A stretch of 64,000 nucleotides of DNA from Poseidonia sp. (GCA_038148515.1 JAYQVP010000002.1:25635-89634), one strand, 5' to 3'. Shown: positions 8,419 to 18,230, numbered from the stretch's first letter. Translations and numbers: made by a program. The notes: generated by a model not told the origin, from the sequence alone.

Positions 8419-9564
8419 ATGGGTACAACGCAAGACATTGGTGCGTTGTTAAGCGATCATCCCGACATCTCCGCTCTTCCCGAGGAAGACCAGGCTCGCA
8501 TCCACCTGATGGTGGGTGGCGTTGAGGAAGTCGTGGGCCTCGACCACCTCGTGCAAGCCCTTGCCGGCGGTCAATCCCACGGCGGTGATGAGACGCTTCG
8601 ATGCTATGTTGGTTTTGAGCCCAGCGGAAAGGCACACATTGGATGGAAAGTGTTGGCGCTGCAACTTCGCCGAATGTTGGACGCACGCACCAATGTGATG
8701 GTCTTTCTCGCCGATTGGCACGCTTGGGTCAACGACAAATTCAACGGCGACATGGACGCCATTCAAACCACTGCTCGTTACATGGAAGAGACCTTCAGAA
8801 GTTTGCTTGACCATCCCCCTGAGGGCGATGGCCCAGGTGAACTTCGGTTTGTATGGGCCTCACAGGTGATGGAATCAAGCGAGTACTGGGCTCGCGTGCT
8901 CAAATGCTCCAAAGGCGCGACCCTCGCCATGGTTCGCAAAACCTTCACGATCATGGGCAGGGACGAGGCTTCGTCGGACCATGACCTTTCGAAGTTTTAC
9001 TACCCCGCCATGCAGGCGGCTGATATCTTTGAGATGAAAATCGATGTCGCCATCGGTGGCATGGACCAGCGCAAAGCCCACATGTTTATGCGAGATGTTG
9101 CAACAAAATACGGATGGCCAAAAGCCACATGCCTTCACACCCCAATCATCTCTTCTCTCAAGGCCTCGGGTAGCCGAATGGAATCGTTCGACCACAAGAT
9201 GTCAAAGTCCAATCCCTCGGGCGCACTCTTGCTTCACGATACGCCGGAGCAACTCCGTAAGAAGATGCGAAAGGCCTACCTTGACCCCGAGGACCCCAAC
9301 TCGCCGGTGTATGAATTGGCCGAACACATCGTCCTGCCTGAATGCGGAGAAATCGTCGTTACGCCCGACCCTCGATTTGGCGAGCCAAGCGTTTGGACTT
9401 CACTGGATGACTTTCGACAAGCCGTCACCGAGGGAACCCTGCACCCTCTTGACGCCAAGTTCGGGGTCGCCGATGGATTGGCCAAAGGCTTGGAAAATCT
9501 TCGCCTACACTTTGAAAACAATCCTGAAACCTTGGAGCGTGTGACAGCGCTCACTCAGTCATGA
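8419..9564 (+). CDS. tyrS: Tyrosine--tRNA ligase (archaeal type)
   Basis: Class I HIGH-type block FEPSGKAHIGW and KMSKS block HKMSKSNP. Whole-length colinearity by eye with archaeal TyrRS (GGMDQRKAHMFMRD, C-terminal LHPLDAKFGVADGL). ATG 8419 is preceded by GAGGG; the track start at 8404 is a TTG. Confidence 0.85.
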   Translation: MGTTQDIGALLSDHPDISALPEEDQARIHLMVGGVEEVVGLDHLVQALAGGQSHGGDETLRCYVGFEPSGKAHIGWKVLALQLRRMLDARTNVMVFLADWHAWVNDKFNGDMDAIQTTARYMEETFRSLLDHPPEGDGPGELRFVWASQVMESSEYWARVLKCSKGATLAMVRKTFTIMGRDEASSDHDLSKFYYPAMQAADIFEMKIDVAIGGMDQRKAHMFMRDVATKYGWPKATCLHTPIISSLKASGSRMESFDHKMSKSNPSGALLLHDTPEQLRKKMRKAYLDPEDPNSPVYELAEHIVLPECGEIVVTPDPRFGEPSVWTSLDDFRQAVTEGTLHPLDAKFGVADGLAKGLENLRLHFENNPETLERVTALTQS

Positions 9565-10422
9565 TCACCCTTCGGAAACGGATAAGGGCTCCACACTCAG
9601 CACATCCAAGGAGAGAAGGCGCCGAGTGTCTTTCGCGAATGTTCGGTCGGGAATGGGTTGCACACGCACAATGCCGTTGACACGGATGTAGGTGGATGCC
9701 TCAATCTCACCGACCAAATCATCGGCAACGGTTCCCACGATTTGGTTGCTTGGGGAGCAATGCAACACATGATGCTGGTCGTTGGTGGTGATTTGACTCA
9801 GGCTCAAATCTTGGATGTCCTCGTAACGACATTCCTCGAGAACCATGGAAAAATCCGTCATGTCACGAAACAGACGCCGAGGAAGGGGGTCATCCTTGTC
9901 TCGGCCCTCCATGGCTTCCTCAAAACACGGAAAGCAGAAGTTGGGCGAGACACGTTCTCGCGCCCTTCGTTGCGGAAGGTCGACGCGGCCACCGCAGTCG
10001 TCGCATTGGTAGACCGCTGTTTTGAGCCAACCGTATGGATGGGAGACGTCGTTGACCTTGACATCGAGGCACACCACCGTATTCCGGTCCCGCATCCGCA
10101 ATTCATCCACCCGCCGAATAAAATGACGCGGAAACCGAACGATTCTGAGAACCGGGCGCATTCGCACATTGTGGTGCTGAAACTGTTCGAGCATCACGCG
10201 CGTCCCGAATTCCAGCACTCGGAGGGGTGTCTCGTGGAAGGCCATGCGAAGGGCTTCTTTCGTCTGCAGGAGGTCGTATTCGATTTCAAAACCGCAGACG
10301 GGGTCGCTAAGCGGGCTGAGACGCTCGATGTCTGACGCGTAATGCTCAACGATCAGTTCTCGCCATTCTCGAAGGATGTTCTGGGCATCAGGGTCAAGGT
10401 CTACTTCTTGTTCACGGGTCAT
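9565..10422 (-). CDS. MCM N-terminal-domain-only protein (helical + Zn-ribbon + OB subdomains, no AAA+ module)
   Basis: Translation from MTREQEV (ATG 10422) shows CDDCGGRVDLPQRRARERVSPNFCFPCF (CX2C-X19-CX2C) followed by OB-like ...DDLVGEIEASTYIRVNGIVRVQP. This arrangement is colinear by eye with archaeal MCM N-terminal domains. No Walker A/B is present. The track ORF (to 10797) would overlap etfB, so I trimmed it; start uncertain (10515 also possible). Confidence 0.65.
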   Translation of the reverse strand: MTREQEVDLDPDAQNILREWRELIVEHYASDIERLSPLSDPVCGFEIEYDLLQTKEALRMAFHETPLRVLEFGTRVMLEQFQHHNVRMRPVLRIVRFPRHFIRRVDELRMRDRNTVVCLDVKVNDVSHPYGWLKTAVYQCDDCGGRVDLPQRRARERVSPNFCFPCFEEAMEGRDKDDPLPRRLFRDMTDFSMVLEECRYEDIQDLSLSQITTNDQHHVLHCSPSNQIVGTVADDLVGEIEASTYIRVNGIVRVQPIPDRTFAKDTRRLLSLDVLSVEPLSVSEG

Positions 10423-10557
10423 GGAACCCGTCCCGTAGCGTGGAGGTTCATAATGATAACCACACGGCGAAGGAACCCCCCACCAAACCCGATACGGCCA
10501 AGTGGCAAGGTTCATCAACAGACCGCGGGTCCAAATGGCCATCAAGGATGCATCATC

Positions 10558-11295
10558 ATGCCTAACATCATCGTTCTCGTCAAGCAAGTCCCCGACACCA
10601 ATGCGAAAATCACGGTGGTTGGCGACCGTGTTGACCTCTCCTCTGTGAAGATGGTGATGAGCCCTTACGACGAATTTGCAGTGGAGACAGCACTCCTGCA
10701 CAAGGAGGCCGCTGGCGGCGAGGTGACAGCCCTCACCGTTGGGGACGCTGGTGCTGAAAAAATTCTCAAAGACGCCAAAGCCATTGGTGTCGACCACATC
10801 GTTCGCATTGAGAGCAACGGCGAGATGGACTCAAACGCCCTCCAAACCGTCCTGGCACAAGCTGTCAACGACCTCGGTGCCGAAGTGGTGTACTGCGGAA
10901 AATCCGCCGCCGACACCGGGGCAGGGTCCACCGGACCCGGCCTCGCAGAACGTTTGAACTGGGCATCCGCTTCCAATGTCATCGGGGCTTCATTTGACGG
11001 CGGCGTGGTGGTCACCGCACCGAGCGGCTCCGGCCATGCATCGCTGTCCGTCCCTCTCCCGGCTGTGATTTCGTGCGACAAAGGCGATGCAAAAGTCCGC
11101 AAGCCCAACGTCAAGGGCATCATGCAAGCCAAAAAAGCATCAGTCGATGTCCGCTCTATAGAGGCGCCTCCTTCCACAGTCACCGTGACCCATCAGCACA
11201 TGCCTCCTGCAAAACCAGCCGGGAAATCCTTCCAAGGCGGGGCGTCTGCTGCTGAAGTCGCCCGACTCCTCCGAGACGAGGCCAACCTCCTGTGA
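10558..11295 (+). CDS. etfB: Electron transfer flavoprotein, beta subunit
   Basis: MPNIIVLVKQVPDTNAKI... is the typical ETF-beta N-terminus. At 245 aa from ATG 10558 the length fits the family. The track start at 10342 lies antisense inside the MCM-N gene. Confidence 0.88.
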   Translation: MPNIIVLVKQVPDTNAKITVVGDRVDLSSVKMVMSPYDEFAVETALLHKEAAGGEVTALTVGDAGAEKILKDAKAIGVDHIVRIESNGEMDSNALQTVLAQAVNDLGAEVVYCGKSAADTGAGSTGPGLAERLNWASASNVIGASFDGGVVVTAPSGSGHASLSVPLPAVISCDKGDAKVRKPNVKGIMQAKKASVDVRSIEAPPSTVTVTHQHMPPAKPAGKSFQGGASAAEVARLLRDEANLL

Positions 11296-11304
11296 AGTGA
11301 TACC

Positions 11305-12231
11305 ATGACCCAAACGATTGTGATTGCAGAAATGTCCAACAACACCGTCCACCCGTGCACAGCCGAGCTGATTTGTGCTGCTCAGACCTACGGTGATCCG
11401 CCAACCCTCATCGTGCCCTGCACGTCTGCCGAGCAGGCCAACGCAGCCATCGGCATGGGTGCAGGCAGCATCATCGCTGCCAAGTCCGACACCTTCGCCC
11501 ACTACGACGCCCAAGGTTGGGCTGAGGCCCTTGACCGCGTTACTCCCCAAGGGACGATCATCACCTCGGCCAGCCCTCAATCCAAGGACCTTGCCGCTCG
11601 CATGGCGGCACGAAGGAACCTTGCGGTCGTGCAAGATGCCATCGCTATTGAAGGAAATGCCGTGACATCGGCGGTGTACTCAGGCAAAGCACTTCAAACA
11701 GTGTCCGTGACAGGTCCTGCCTTCATTTCGGTTCGCTCCAACATCTTCCCGCCCGCCCAAGGTGGTGCTGGCGAGGTCAGCGTGGTTGACACCACCGGCA
11801 ACATTGCCACATCTGTCCGTGAATTCATGGCGCGTGCCTCAGAACGTCTTGATGTCGCTGAAGCAAACATCATCATATCCGGCGGTCGAGGCATGGGTTC
11901 ACCCGATAATTTCGCTCACCTCGAGGCTGTTGCCGACACCATTGGTGCCGCCGTGGGTGCATCAAGAGCTGCGGTCGATACGTGGGAGGCCATCCCTCAC
12001 TCCATGCAGGTTGGGCAAACGGGCAAAACCGTGAATCCGAACCTCTACATTGCCGTCGGTATTTCCGGAGCCATTCAACACTTGGCCGGTATGCGTTCAT
12101 CAAAATACATCGTTGCCATCAACAAAGACGCTGACGCCCCCATTTTCCAACATGCTGATTACGGCATCGTAGCCACGTGGGAAGAGGCGTTGCCAGTGCT
12201 CCACGAGACGCTCAAGAGCATGATGAGTTGA
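11305..12231 (+). CDS. etfA: Electron transfer flavoprotein, alpha subunit
   Basis: 308 aa. C-terminal FAD-binding signature PNLYIAVGISGAIQHLAGM. Starts 9 nt downstream of etfB. Confidence 0.9.
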   Translation: MTQTIVIAEMSNNTVHPCTAELICAAQTYGDPPTLIVPCTSAEQANAAIGMGAGSIIAAKSDTFAHYDAQGWAEALDRVTPQGTIITSASPQSKDLAARMAARRNLAVVQDAIAIEGNAVTSAVYSGKALQTVSVTGPAFISVRSNIFPPAQGGAGEVSVVDTTGNIATSVREFMARASERLDVAEANIIISGGRGMGSPDNFAHLEAVADTIGAAVGASRAAVDTWEAIPHSMQVGQTGKTVNPNLYIAVGISGAIQHLAGMRSSKYIVAINKDADAPIFQHADYGIVATWEEALPVLHETLKSMMS

Positions 12232-13002
12232 TCAGGCGTACTTGCCAAATCCAAAGGTGCCACCTGTACCGGCAGCATCCCCAACAAAGGGATTGGTCGC
12301 ACGCTCATGCCCAATCGTGGTCAACGGACCGTGACCTGGATGGACAACAGTTTCGGAGTCCAATGGCCACAACTGTGTATGAATGGACCGTGCGAGCAAG
12401 CCAAAATCGCCACCTGAATGCTCAATATCGGTGCGCCCCACCGACCCGGCAAACAACGTATCACCGACAAACACATGGTCCGCATCACCCTCGACGGGCA
12501 ATAACAAGCAACACCCTCCGAGGGTGTGACCAGGCGTATGCAACACCTTCAGGTCAATGCTCCCGAAACGGTGAACAACCCCCGCTTGGAGAGAGCGGTC
12601 GGCAACAGCGGGTTCTGGCAACGACAATCCGTATCGACGCCCAGACTTCTGCGCCAGGGTCTGAAGGAAGGTATCGTCATCGTGCAGGTACCAATCAACA
12701 CCGAAATGGGCTTTCAAGTGAGGAATGAAGCCACTGTGATCGAAATGTGCATGGGTGTTCACCAATGCCACCACCTGCCGGGTCGCGATGCCGTGCGCCT
12801 TGGCTTCATCGCTGGTCCTGGGTCCAGTGGACCAATCAGGACCCGGGCCATCAAAGCCGTCCACCCATGCGATGATTCGCTCGGGTTCATCGCCTCCATC
12901 GATAATGATGGTGTCTCCCGTCGCCTTATCGGTCACAACGGAACATCGTTGCTGGAGAGGACCAACAAAGAAGTGTTCAATCCACGGTTCCACCAGGGCC
13001 AT
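12232..13002 (-). CDS. Metallo-beta-lactamase fold hydrolase (glyoxalase II-like)
   Basis: HTHAHFDHSG (HxHxDH), HTPGHT and GDTLFAGSVGRTD motifs. Start trimmed to MALVEPW (ATG 13002; in-frame GTG at 13008 also possible) because the track start overlaps the upstream gene. AGGAG follows that gene's stop. Confidence 0.8.
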   Translation of the reverse strand: MALVEPWIEHFFVGPLQQRCSVVTDKATGDTIIIDGGDEPERIIAWVDGFDGPGPDWSTGPRTSDEAKAHGIATRQVVALVNTHAHFDHSGFIPHLKAHFGVDWYLHDDDTFLQTLAQKSGRRYGLSLPEPAVADRSLQAGVVHRFGSIDLKVLHTPGHTLGGCCLLLPVEGDADHVFVGDTLFAGSVGRTDIEHSGGDFGLLARSIHTQLWPLDSETVVHPGHGPLTTIGHERATNPFVGDAAGTGGTFGFGKYA

Positions 13003-13024
13003 GAACACCGCAAAAGTGGCTCCT

Positions 13025-14731
13025 TCATGAGGTTGAGCCTTCAAGAACTTCAACAAAAACACGATCTGTGGTCCATCGCCCGTCGCGATCCAACACGCGC
13101 AGCTCAAACACATGCTTTCCAACGGGCAAGCGGACCTTGACTTGGTTCGTGGTGCCAATCTCCTGCCCCCGACCATCGATCCACGACCAGCCGCTCACCT
13201 GACCCAGCGGATCGTGTGTACCTCGGCCGTCGAGAATCGTGGTTGCACTACCATCTGCGTCAGCCGTCAAGACTCGGTCGTCCCCTGCCTCGGCTTGCGG
13301 AGGATGGGTTGAGGTGTGGGGGGCGACGAGAGCGGCCATCAAATCGTCATCGTCAACTGCACTTGCAACAAACGTCGTGTCGGCAAGGGTTGACAGAAGG
13401 TCGTCTTCCTCGGAAGTGTTTCGGGTCGGCTTCTCTTCGTACGATGTCGGTTCGGTCATCGCTTTGAGCAGAGACGTGGATGGGATTCGCTCGCTGGAAT
13501 CTGAAGACATCATGACTCGTTCTTCGTCGGTCAAGTGTTCCATCACGTCATCGTTTCCTCGCTCGTACAGGTCCTCCGCCGTGGCCTCGGAGGCGTTGGG
13601 GTCCTCCTCAAACCAGAGGGTCAATTCCGAGGAGTCCACCTCGATGAGAGAGGCTCGAAGGTCAACTACCCCAATCGGTTCTGGAGCGGTGTAATCGTTT
13701 TGGTCGTCGCCTGCGAAGACGATGCGCTCTTGCTCAGCGTGGATGAGAACCGTGTGGGGCATGCCCTGATGTTCAACAGACCACATTGTATCTTCACCAA
13801 GGACATGAAGATGGAACCACGCACCCGCGACGATCATCGTGGGTGTGGCCGCCAACACTCTCACGGGATATTTGCAAGTCATCATCACCTCCAAGGTGCC
13901 GTCAGGACCGAGCTTGGCAACATCACCGTTGTCAAAGCCAAGAGCGGCGTCCTGACCGAAAGGACATGAAGTAAGCAACCGCCTATTCGCATCATTTCGC
14001 CACACTAGGATATCATTCGACCACACTTCAAATTCAACGGCTTCCTCCTCACCCCCCACCAAAGCGTGACCTTCGCGGGTGAGGAAAAGACGACCATCTC
14101 CTGCGAGACCAATGTTCGTAAGCCGCTCGCCGCGTGTACCTCGGGGTGGACGACGCCATGTTTCTCGGCCCTCTTCAAACGCCACGAGTTGACCACCGTG
14201 AGTGGCAACATACAGACGACCAGCGCCTGCAACCATGAAGGCACATTCCTCCAGACCAGCACCCGCCGAAAGTGGGCGAGTCCGATCTCCGTCGATGATG
14301 ACCACATCACCCATCCCTGTCAGAACCGCTAAGTCCATTCCCCATGCAACAGCATGCTGAACGCCCCCGTCAACCGGTACGTTACGTTCAAGCAGACCCT
14401 GTGAAGTGAAGACGGTGAAACCCTCGAGGTCGTCGCCAACCCACCAGTGGTTCTCAAAGAACTGAACATGCATCACCTCCACATTCAGTTCATGCGTCGC
14501 CAACAATTCTGCCTCGTCGGATTCAATGCTGGCAAAACAGACGGTTGAGCGACCCTCGCACCAACCCAGCAAGGCCCCGTCGGGGCTGCTCGCCATCATC
14601 CGGATTTTCCCCTCGGGCCGGAGCATCGGCCTGGTGGGTTTGGTCAACGCCATACCGCGTGCTTCTGTTCCAAGTTGAAAAGCACTCGTGTTTCGTGCAA
14701 ATTCAGAGTTCATCATCGTTGTGAAGATCAA
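13025..14731 (-). CDS. Hypothetical protein: PQQ/WD-like beta-propeller, acidic linker, C-terminal PKD-like Ig domain
   Basis: 568-aa ORF. Blade-like repeats ([29 protein letters not shown]), a D/E/S/T-rich linker, and a PKD-like end ([19 protein letters not shown]...WSWIDG...[17 protein letters not shown]). No obvious signal peptide. The start may be MALTKP (14653), which would remove the overlap with purF. Confidence 0.6.
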   Translation of the reverse strand: MIFTTMMNSEFARNTSAFQLGTEARGMALTKPTRPMLRPEGKIRMMASSPDGALLGWCEGRSTVCFASIESDEAELLATHELNVEVMHVQFFENHWWVGDDLEGFTVFTSQGLLERNVPVDGGVQHAVAWGMDLAVLTGMGDVVIIDGDRTRPLSAGAGLEECAFMVAGAGRLYVATHGGQLVAFEEGRETWRRPPRGTRGERLTNIGLAGDGRLFLTREGHALVGGEEEAVEFEVWSNDILVWRNDANRRLLTSCPFGQDAALGFDNGDVAKLGPDGTLEVMMTCKYPVRVLAATPTMIVAGAWFHLHVLGEDTMWSVEHQGMPHTVLIHAEQERIVFAGDDQNDYTAPEPIGVVDLRASLIEVDSSELTLWFEEDPNASEATAEDLYERGNDDVMEHLTDEERVMMSSDSSERIPSTSLLKAMTEPTSYEEKPTRNTSEEDDLLSTLADTTFVASAVDDDDLMAALVAPHTSTHPPQAEAGDDRVLTADADGSATTILDGRGTHDPLGQVSGWSWIDGRGQEIGTTNQVKVRLPVGKHVFELRVLDRDGRWTTDRVFVEVLEGSTS

Positions 14732-16244
14732 TCACAGCATCTTCACTATCGTCGGAGGATTTTGCAGCGTCGTTGCGTTGTGAATCCAGTTTGCTGAGGT
14801 AGTTCTCGTCGATGTCACCCGTGATGTAAACCCCGTCAAAACAACTTGAATCAAAGCCGTCCACCTTCGAAGTTGGCTGCAGCGTCACCTCTTGCAGGTC
14901 TTCGAGGGTTTGGTAAAACAAGCGGTCACTGCCAATCGTCTGATTAATTTCGTCAATGGTGCGTCCGTTGGCGATGAATTCGTTGACAGCCGGCATATCG
15001 ATGCCATAGACATTGGGAAAGCGCACGGGAGGAGCGGCTGATGCAAAGTACACCTTCGAAGCACCGACATCGCGCGCCATCTCGATGATTTGGGCACTGG
15101 TCGTCCCACGCACGATGGAATCGTCCACCAACAAGACATTCTTTCCACGGAATTCGTGTTCGATGGCGTTCAGTTTGCGCCGTACGGATTTTTTCCGAAG
15201 CGCTTGGCCCGGCATGATGAAGGTACGGCCAACATAGCGGTTCTTGACGAAACCCTCTCGATAGGCTACATTCAGCGTTTTCGCCATTTGCAACGCAGCG
15301 ATTCGACCAGAGTCGGGGATGGGAATCACGACGTCGATGTCGTGATCGGGCCAAGATTCAAGCAGGCGCTCAGCCAAACGTTGACCTTGATTCAAACGGG
15401 CTTGATACACCGACATGCCGTCAATAACAGAGTCTGGCCGAGCAAAATAAACGTGCTCAAAAATGCACGGCGTGTAGGCTTTCACAGAGGAGGGTGGCCG
15501 AGTGAAGAGATGGCCCGAGGTGCTGATAAAAATCGCTTCCCCGGGCTGGACATCCCGAATCACTTCAAATCCGAGGGCCGTGATTGCGACGGATTCACTC
15601 GCAACAATGTATTCGTCAGCGCCTTCCACGCTTCGTTTGCCAAATATCAGCGGACGAATGCCGTGAGGGTCTCGAAAAGCCAACAGCCCGTATCCCGAAA
15701 TCACGGACACACAGGCATAGCCACCTCGAACACGTTGATTCAAGCCATCAACGGCGCCAAAAACGGTTTCGATGTTCATGTGTGGGTCGCCTTGAATCCG
15801 AAGCCCGTTGGATCGTTTGCTCAACTCCACTGCCAAAACATTGAGCAACAATTCCGAATCGCTGGTGGTGTTGATATGACGCATGCACTCGTTCTGGATG
15901 TAGTCGGCGAGTTCCTCGGCGTTGGTGAGGTTGCCGTTGTGGCCCAAGGCAATGCCGTAGGGCGAATTGACATAGAAGGGCTGAGCCTCTGCACGAGAAG
16001 AGGAACCCGCGGTGGGGTATCGGACATGTCCGATACCAACATTACCTTGGAGACGAAGCATGTGGCGTTTGTAAAAAATGTCGCTCACCAAACCGTTGGA
16101 TTTGCGCAGTCGGAAATGACCATCAAGATCCGTGAGGATCCCCGCTGCATCCTGACCCCGATGCTGTAGAACGGTCAATCCGTCATAGAGCAACTGGTTG
16201 ACATGGACGCCTTGTCGGCCCACGATTCCGAGGATGCCACACAT
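14703..16244 (-). CDS. purF: Amidophosphoribosyltransferase
   Basis: [10 protein letters not shown]-terminal nucleophile Cys directly after the ATG at 16244 (GAGGCGA 5 nt upstream). Also GHVRYPTAG, the PRPP-binding [13 protein letters not shown], and an acidic C-terminal tail. Confidence 0.92.
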   Translation of the reverse strand: MCGILGIVGRQGVHVNQLLYDGLTVLQHRGQDAAGILTDLDGHFRLRKSNGLVSDIFYKRHMLRLQGNVGIGHVRYPTAGSSSRAEAQPFYVNSPYGIALGHNGNLTNAEELADYIQNECMRHINTTSDSELLLNVLAVELSKRSNGLRIQGDPHMNIETVFGAVDGLNQRVRGGYACVSVISGYGLLAFRDPHGIRPLIFGKRSVEGADEYIVASESVAITALGFEVIRDVQPGEAIFISTSGHLFTRPPSSVKAYTPCIFEHVYFARPDSVIDGMSVYQARLNQGQRLAERLLESWPDHDIDVVIPIPDSGRIAALQMAKTLNVAYREGFVKNRYVGRTFIMPGQALRKKSVRRKLNAIEHEFRGKNVLLVDDSIVRGTTSAQIIEMARDVGASKVYFASAAPPVRFPNVYGIDMPAVNEFIANGRTIDEINQTIGSDRLFYQTLEDLQEVTLQPTSKVDGFDSSCFDGVYITGDIDENYLSKLDSQRNDAAKSSDDSEDAVIDLHNDDEL

Positions 16245-16299
16245 GGTTTCGCCTCGATTCAAGCAGTCCTTGCCTGCTTGTTATGGTTCCGATGATGAT

Positions 16300-16458
16300 T
16301 CAAGCCTTGGGACGATGCGTCTTTTTGGACCAGTTGAAGCGACGTAGTTTGGCGGTTTCGCCGTAACCACAGGAAGCACAGACCGACTTTTGTTTGTGGT
16401 AGGCGTTTCGACCGCAACGGCGGCAGCGAATGTGCGTGGTCTTTTGCCGTCGACCCAT
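16300..16458 (-). CDS. rpl37e: 50S ribosomal protein L37e (eL37)
   Basis: Below the ORF-track size cut-off. My translation is MGRRQKTTHIRCRRCGRNAYHKQKSVCASCGYGETAKLRRFNWSKKTHRPKA* (52 aa) with the CxxC-x14-CxxC zinc ribbon typical of L37e. The track ORF 16281..16487 is a different frame of the same region. Confidence 0.88.
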   Translation of the reverse strand: MGRRQKTTHIRCRRCGRNAYHKQKSVCASCGYGETAKLRRFNWSKKTHRPKA

Positions 16459-16552
16459 GGATGGAGTACCCTTTGACATACGCTCACCTGAACGGTTCGG
16501 CCACCGACCTCCCCCTTATGAAATCAACGGCAGATGATTGGAGCGGTCAAGA

Positions 16553-16999
16553 TCACTCCTCCTCGAGGCGGATAGGAGGGGTGAGGGTGTTCAACACCGT
16601 GGCTAGCACGGCACCAACGACAACAACCAAACCGAAGGTGACAGCCAGGAATGTGGTCCCCATTCGCACCACGTTGGAGAGAGCTTGGGCACGCACTGAA
16701 CCGTTGTCCTCCATCAACAGTTCCCCTTGTGACAGGAAGAACAGGGTCAGTCCAGCCGCTATGGCCAAGCTCAGGACCATGCCCAAGAAGGGCGCGATGG
16801 GACGTTTGCGTTCATCGCCGTACACCACCAACACAAGGAGCAAGAGAAAACAGACGAGCGTAAACGACGTCAACAGCGCATTCGCGAACCGAACGAGCGT
16901 CCCTTCACCGGAAACTCCCAGCACTCCCCAAGCGATGGCGGCGAGGGCCAAGGGCGGGAGGAGGAAGGCCATGAGCAATCGAGCCGCTTGTTGCCCCAT
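16553..16999 (-). CDS. Hypothetical integral membrane protein
   Basis: About four hydrophobic helices (LLMAFLLPPLALAAIAWGVLGV, LTSFTLVCFLLLLVLVVYG, etc.). Start trimmed to MGQQAARL (16999) to avoid overlapping the upstream gene's 3' end. Confidence 0.5.
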   Translation of the reverse strand: MGQQAARLLMAFLLPPLALAAIAWGVLGVSGEGTLVRFANALLTSFTLVCFLLLLVLVVYGDERKRPIAPFLGMVLSLAIAAGLTLFFLSQGELLMEDNGSVRAQALSNVVRMGTTFLAVTFGLVVVVGAVLATVLNTLTPPIRLEEE

Positions 17000-17006
17000 C
17001 GGCACG

Positions 17007-17807
17007 TCATTCTTCACTGGTTTCACCCCCGGTAACATTTGCAGCGATCACCTTGCTGGCGTGGTTCAATTGGTCGGGCGTTGGAGGCGCCAGTACAGCT
17101 GGAGGCACTTGCTGCGATTCATACACGTAGAGGATCATGGCGAAGGTCAACACGGCCAACGCTGCCCCCACCACCAAGCCAAACAGATCTGCACCGGCAA
17201 GGATCAGTTGCCGGCCGAAGGTGGCCTTGGAAACGTTTGACCCGTCAAACGACAAGGAGAGGCCCAAAAGAAGCAAAATAAAAACAGCCAACAAGAGGGA
17301 AAAAGCCCGCTCTTGGCGACGTCCCTGACCAACGATTCCAATCAATACATAGGCCGTGCTTGCAAAACTGAGCGTAAACAGCAGGAAGGTTGGCCAGAAG
17401 ATCAGCCAATATTTGTTGACGTTCTCGGGGTACGTCGGTGTAAATGTCCACCAATGCATGCCTTCAAGCCATATGACAGCGACGATGACCATCGTCGCCC
17501 CCAAATATCGGTCCGTTCGAGACAAACGACCGACCGGTACGGGGCCCGAGAAGGCGATGAGGTAGAACCCAACAGCGAGTAGAACACCCGGCCCAAGCAG
17601 GCTGCCGAGAAGGTGCCCAAAGGCGCTCGACGATGAAAATGAAAGTGTCCAAGGTGTGGCAAGAAGGGACACGAGGCCGATGCTTGCACCCCAAGCACCG
17701 CTCCGTCGCCAGCGAGGGTCCTTCGACAGCAGCGCTAACATGCTCCCTGTCACCAACAAGAAGCCCGCCAGCCAGAAAAAGGCGAAGGCTTGAATGGCTT
17801 CTTCCAT
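17007..17807 (-). CDS. Hypothetical polytopic membrane protein
   Basis: Only the C-terminal 266 aa of track ORF 17007..18488 look real: MEEAIQAFAFFWLAGFLLVTG... with about 8 hydrophobic helices. The N-terminal 227 aa of the track ORF are antisense to rpl44e/rps27e. Alternative start MSGILYK at 17849. Confidence 0.55.
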   Translation of the reverse strand: MEEAIQAFAFFWLAGFLLVTGSMLALLSKDPRWRRSGAWGASIGLVSLLATPWTLSFSSSSAFGHLLGSLLGPGVLLAVGFYLIAFSGPVPVGRLSRTDRYLGATMVIVAVIWLEGMHWWTFTPTYPENVNKYWLIFWPTFLLFTLSFASTAYVLIGIVGQGRRQERAFSLLLAVFILLLLGLSLSFDGSNVSKATFGRQLILAGADLFGLVVGAALAVLTFAMILYVYESQQVPPAVLAPPTPDQLNHASKVIAANVTGGETSEE

Positions 17808-17893
17808 GACACATCGTGGTCGCAGAACCTTATAGAGAATCCCACTCATCACGCCGCAGTGGGCCGATTGGTGGCAATGCGCGTGTCGGAGGG

Positions 17894-17901
17894 CATAAAT
17901 A
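17894..17901 (+). promoter_or_regulatory. TATA-like box (CATAAATA) upstream of the rpl44e-rps27e-aIF2alpha-nop10 cluster
   Basis: A/T-rich octamer in an otherwise GC-rich divergent intergenic region, 36-43 nt upstream of the GTG at 17937. A GAGGTG Shine-Dalgarno-like motif sits at 17926-17931. Positional argument only. Confidence 0.3.
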
Positions 17902-17936
17902 CCCGACCTCTGTGGGCTGAACGCTGAGGTGTTCCC

Positions 17937-18221
17937 GTGGTGAAGCGTCCCCGTCAAGTCAAGCGATACAGCCCCTCGGCTGGCAAGCACACCCTCCACA
18001 CCGTTGAACGAGTGAAGAAGCGACGAGCCTCTGAACTTCGTTGGGGTCAGCGCCGCTTCCGTCGGGTCATGGCTGGGTACCGTGGTTTCCCACGTCCCAA
18101 ACCCGATGGCCGTGAAAAACCAACCAAGCGCGTCAATGTTCTCTACCGGTGCACCGAGACCGGCAAGGCCCACTACGCTCCATGCCAACGCGCCAAGAAA
18201 TTCGAACTGATCGACCGATGA
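17937..18221 (+). CDS. rpl44e: 50S ribosomal protein L44e (eL42), variant lacking most zinc-ligand cysteines
   Basis: 94 aa. ...GQRRFRRVMAGYRGFPRPKPDGREKPTKRVNVLYRCTETGKAHY..RAKKFELI matches L44e. GTG start preceded by GAGGTG. Confidence 0.88.
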   Translation: MVKRPRQVKRYSPSAGKHTLHTVERVKKRRASELRWGQRRFRRVMAGYRGFPRPKPDGREKPTKRVNVLYRCTETGKAHYAPCQRAKKFELIDR

Positions 18222-18230
18222 GGTGATACC

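Noticed and set aside
10423-10797. N-terminal 125 aa of track ORF 9565..10797, and the 10342 start of the etfB ORF
   Set aside because: The two extensions overlap each other antisense. ETF-beta homology begins at MPNIIVLVKQVPDT (10558) and MCM-N-like homology begins after MTREQEV (10422).
15090-16169. Long plus-strand ORF (359 aa). Similar long antisense ORFs are at 25360..26325, 36857..37867, 45324..46502, 59518..60690 and 61939..62997
   Set aside because: Each lies antisense to a gene with unambiguous family motifs (purF, ABCE1, GGR/GGPP synthase, RPA, IPMS-like, gyrA). Their translations are low-complexity and Arg/Gly/His-rich. Long stop-free antisense frames are expected at this GC content.
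16281-16487. Track ORF of 68 aa (MSVCQRVLHPWVDG...)
   Set aside because: A different frame of the same strand encodes a textbook L37e zinc-ribbon protein (16300..16458). The 68-aa reading has no features.
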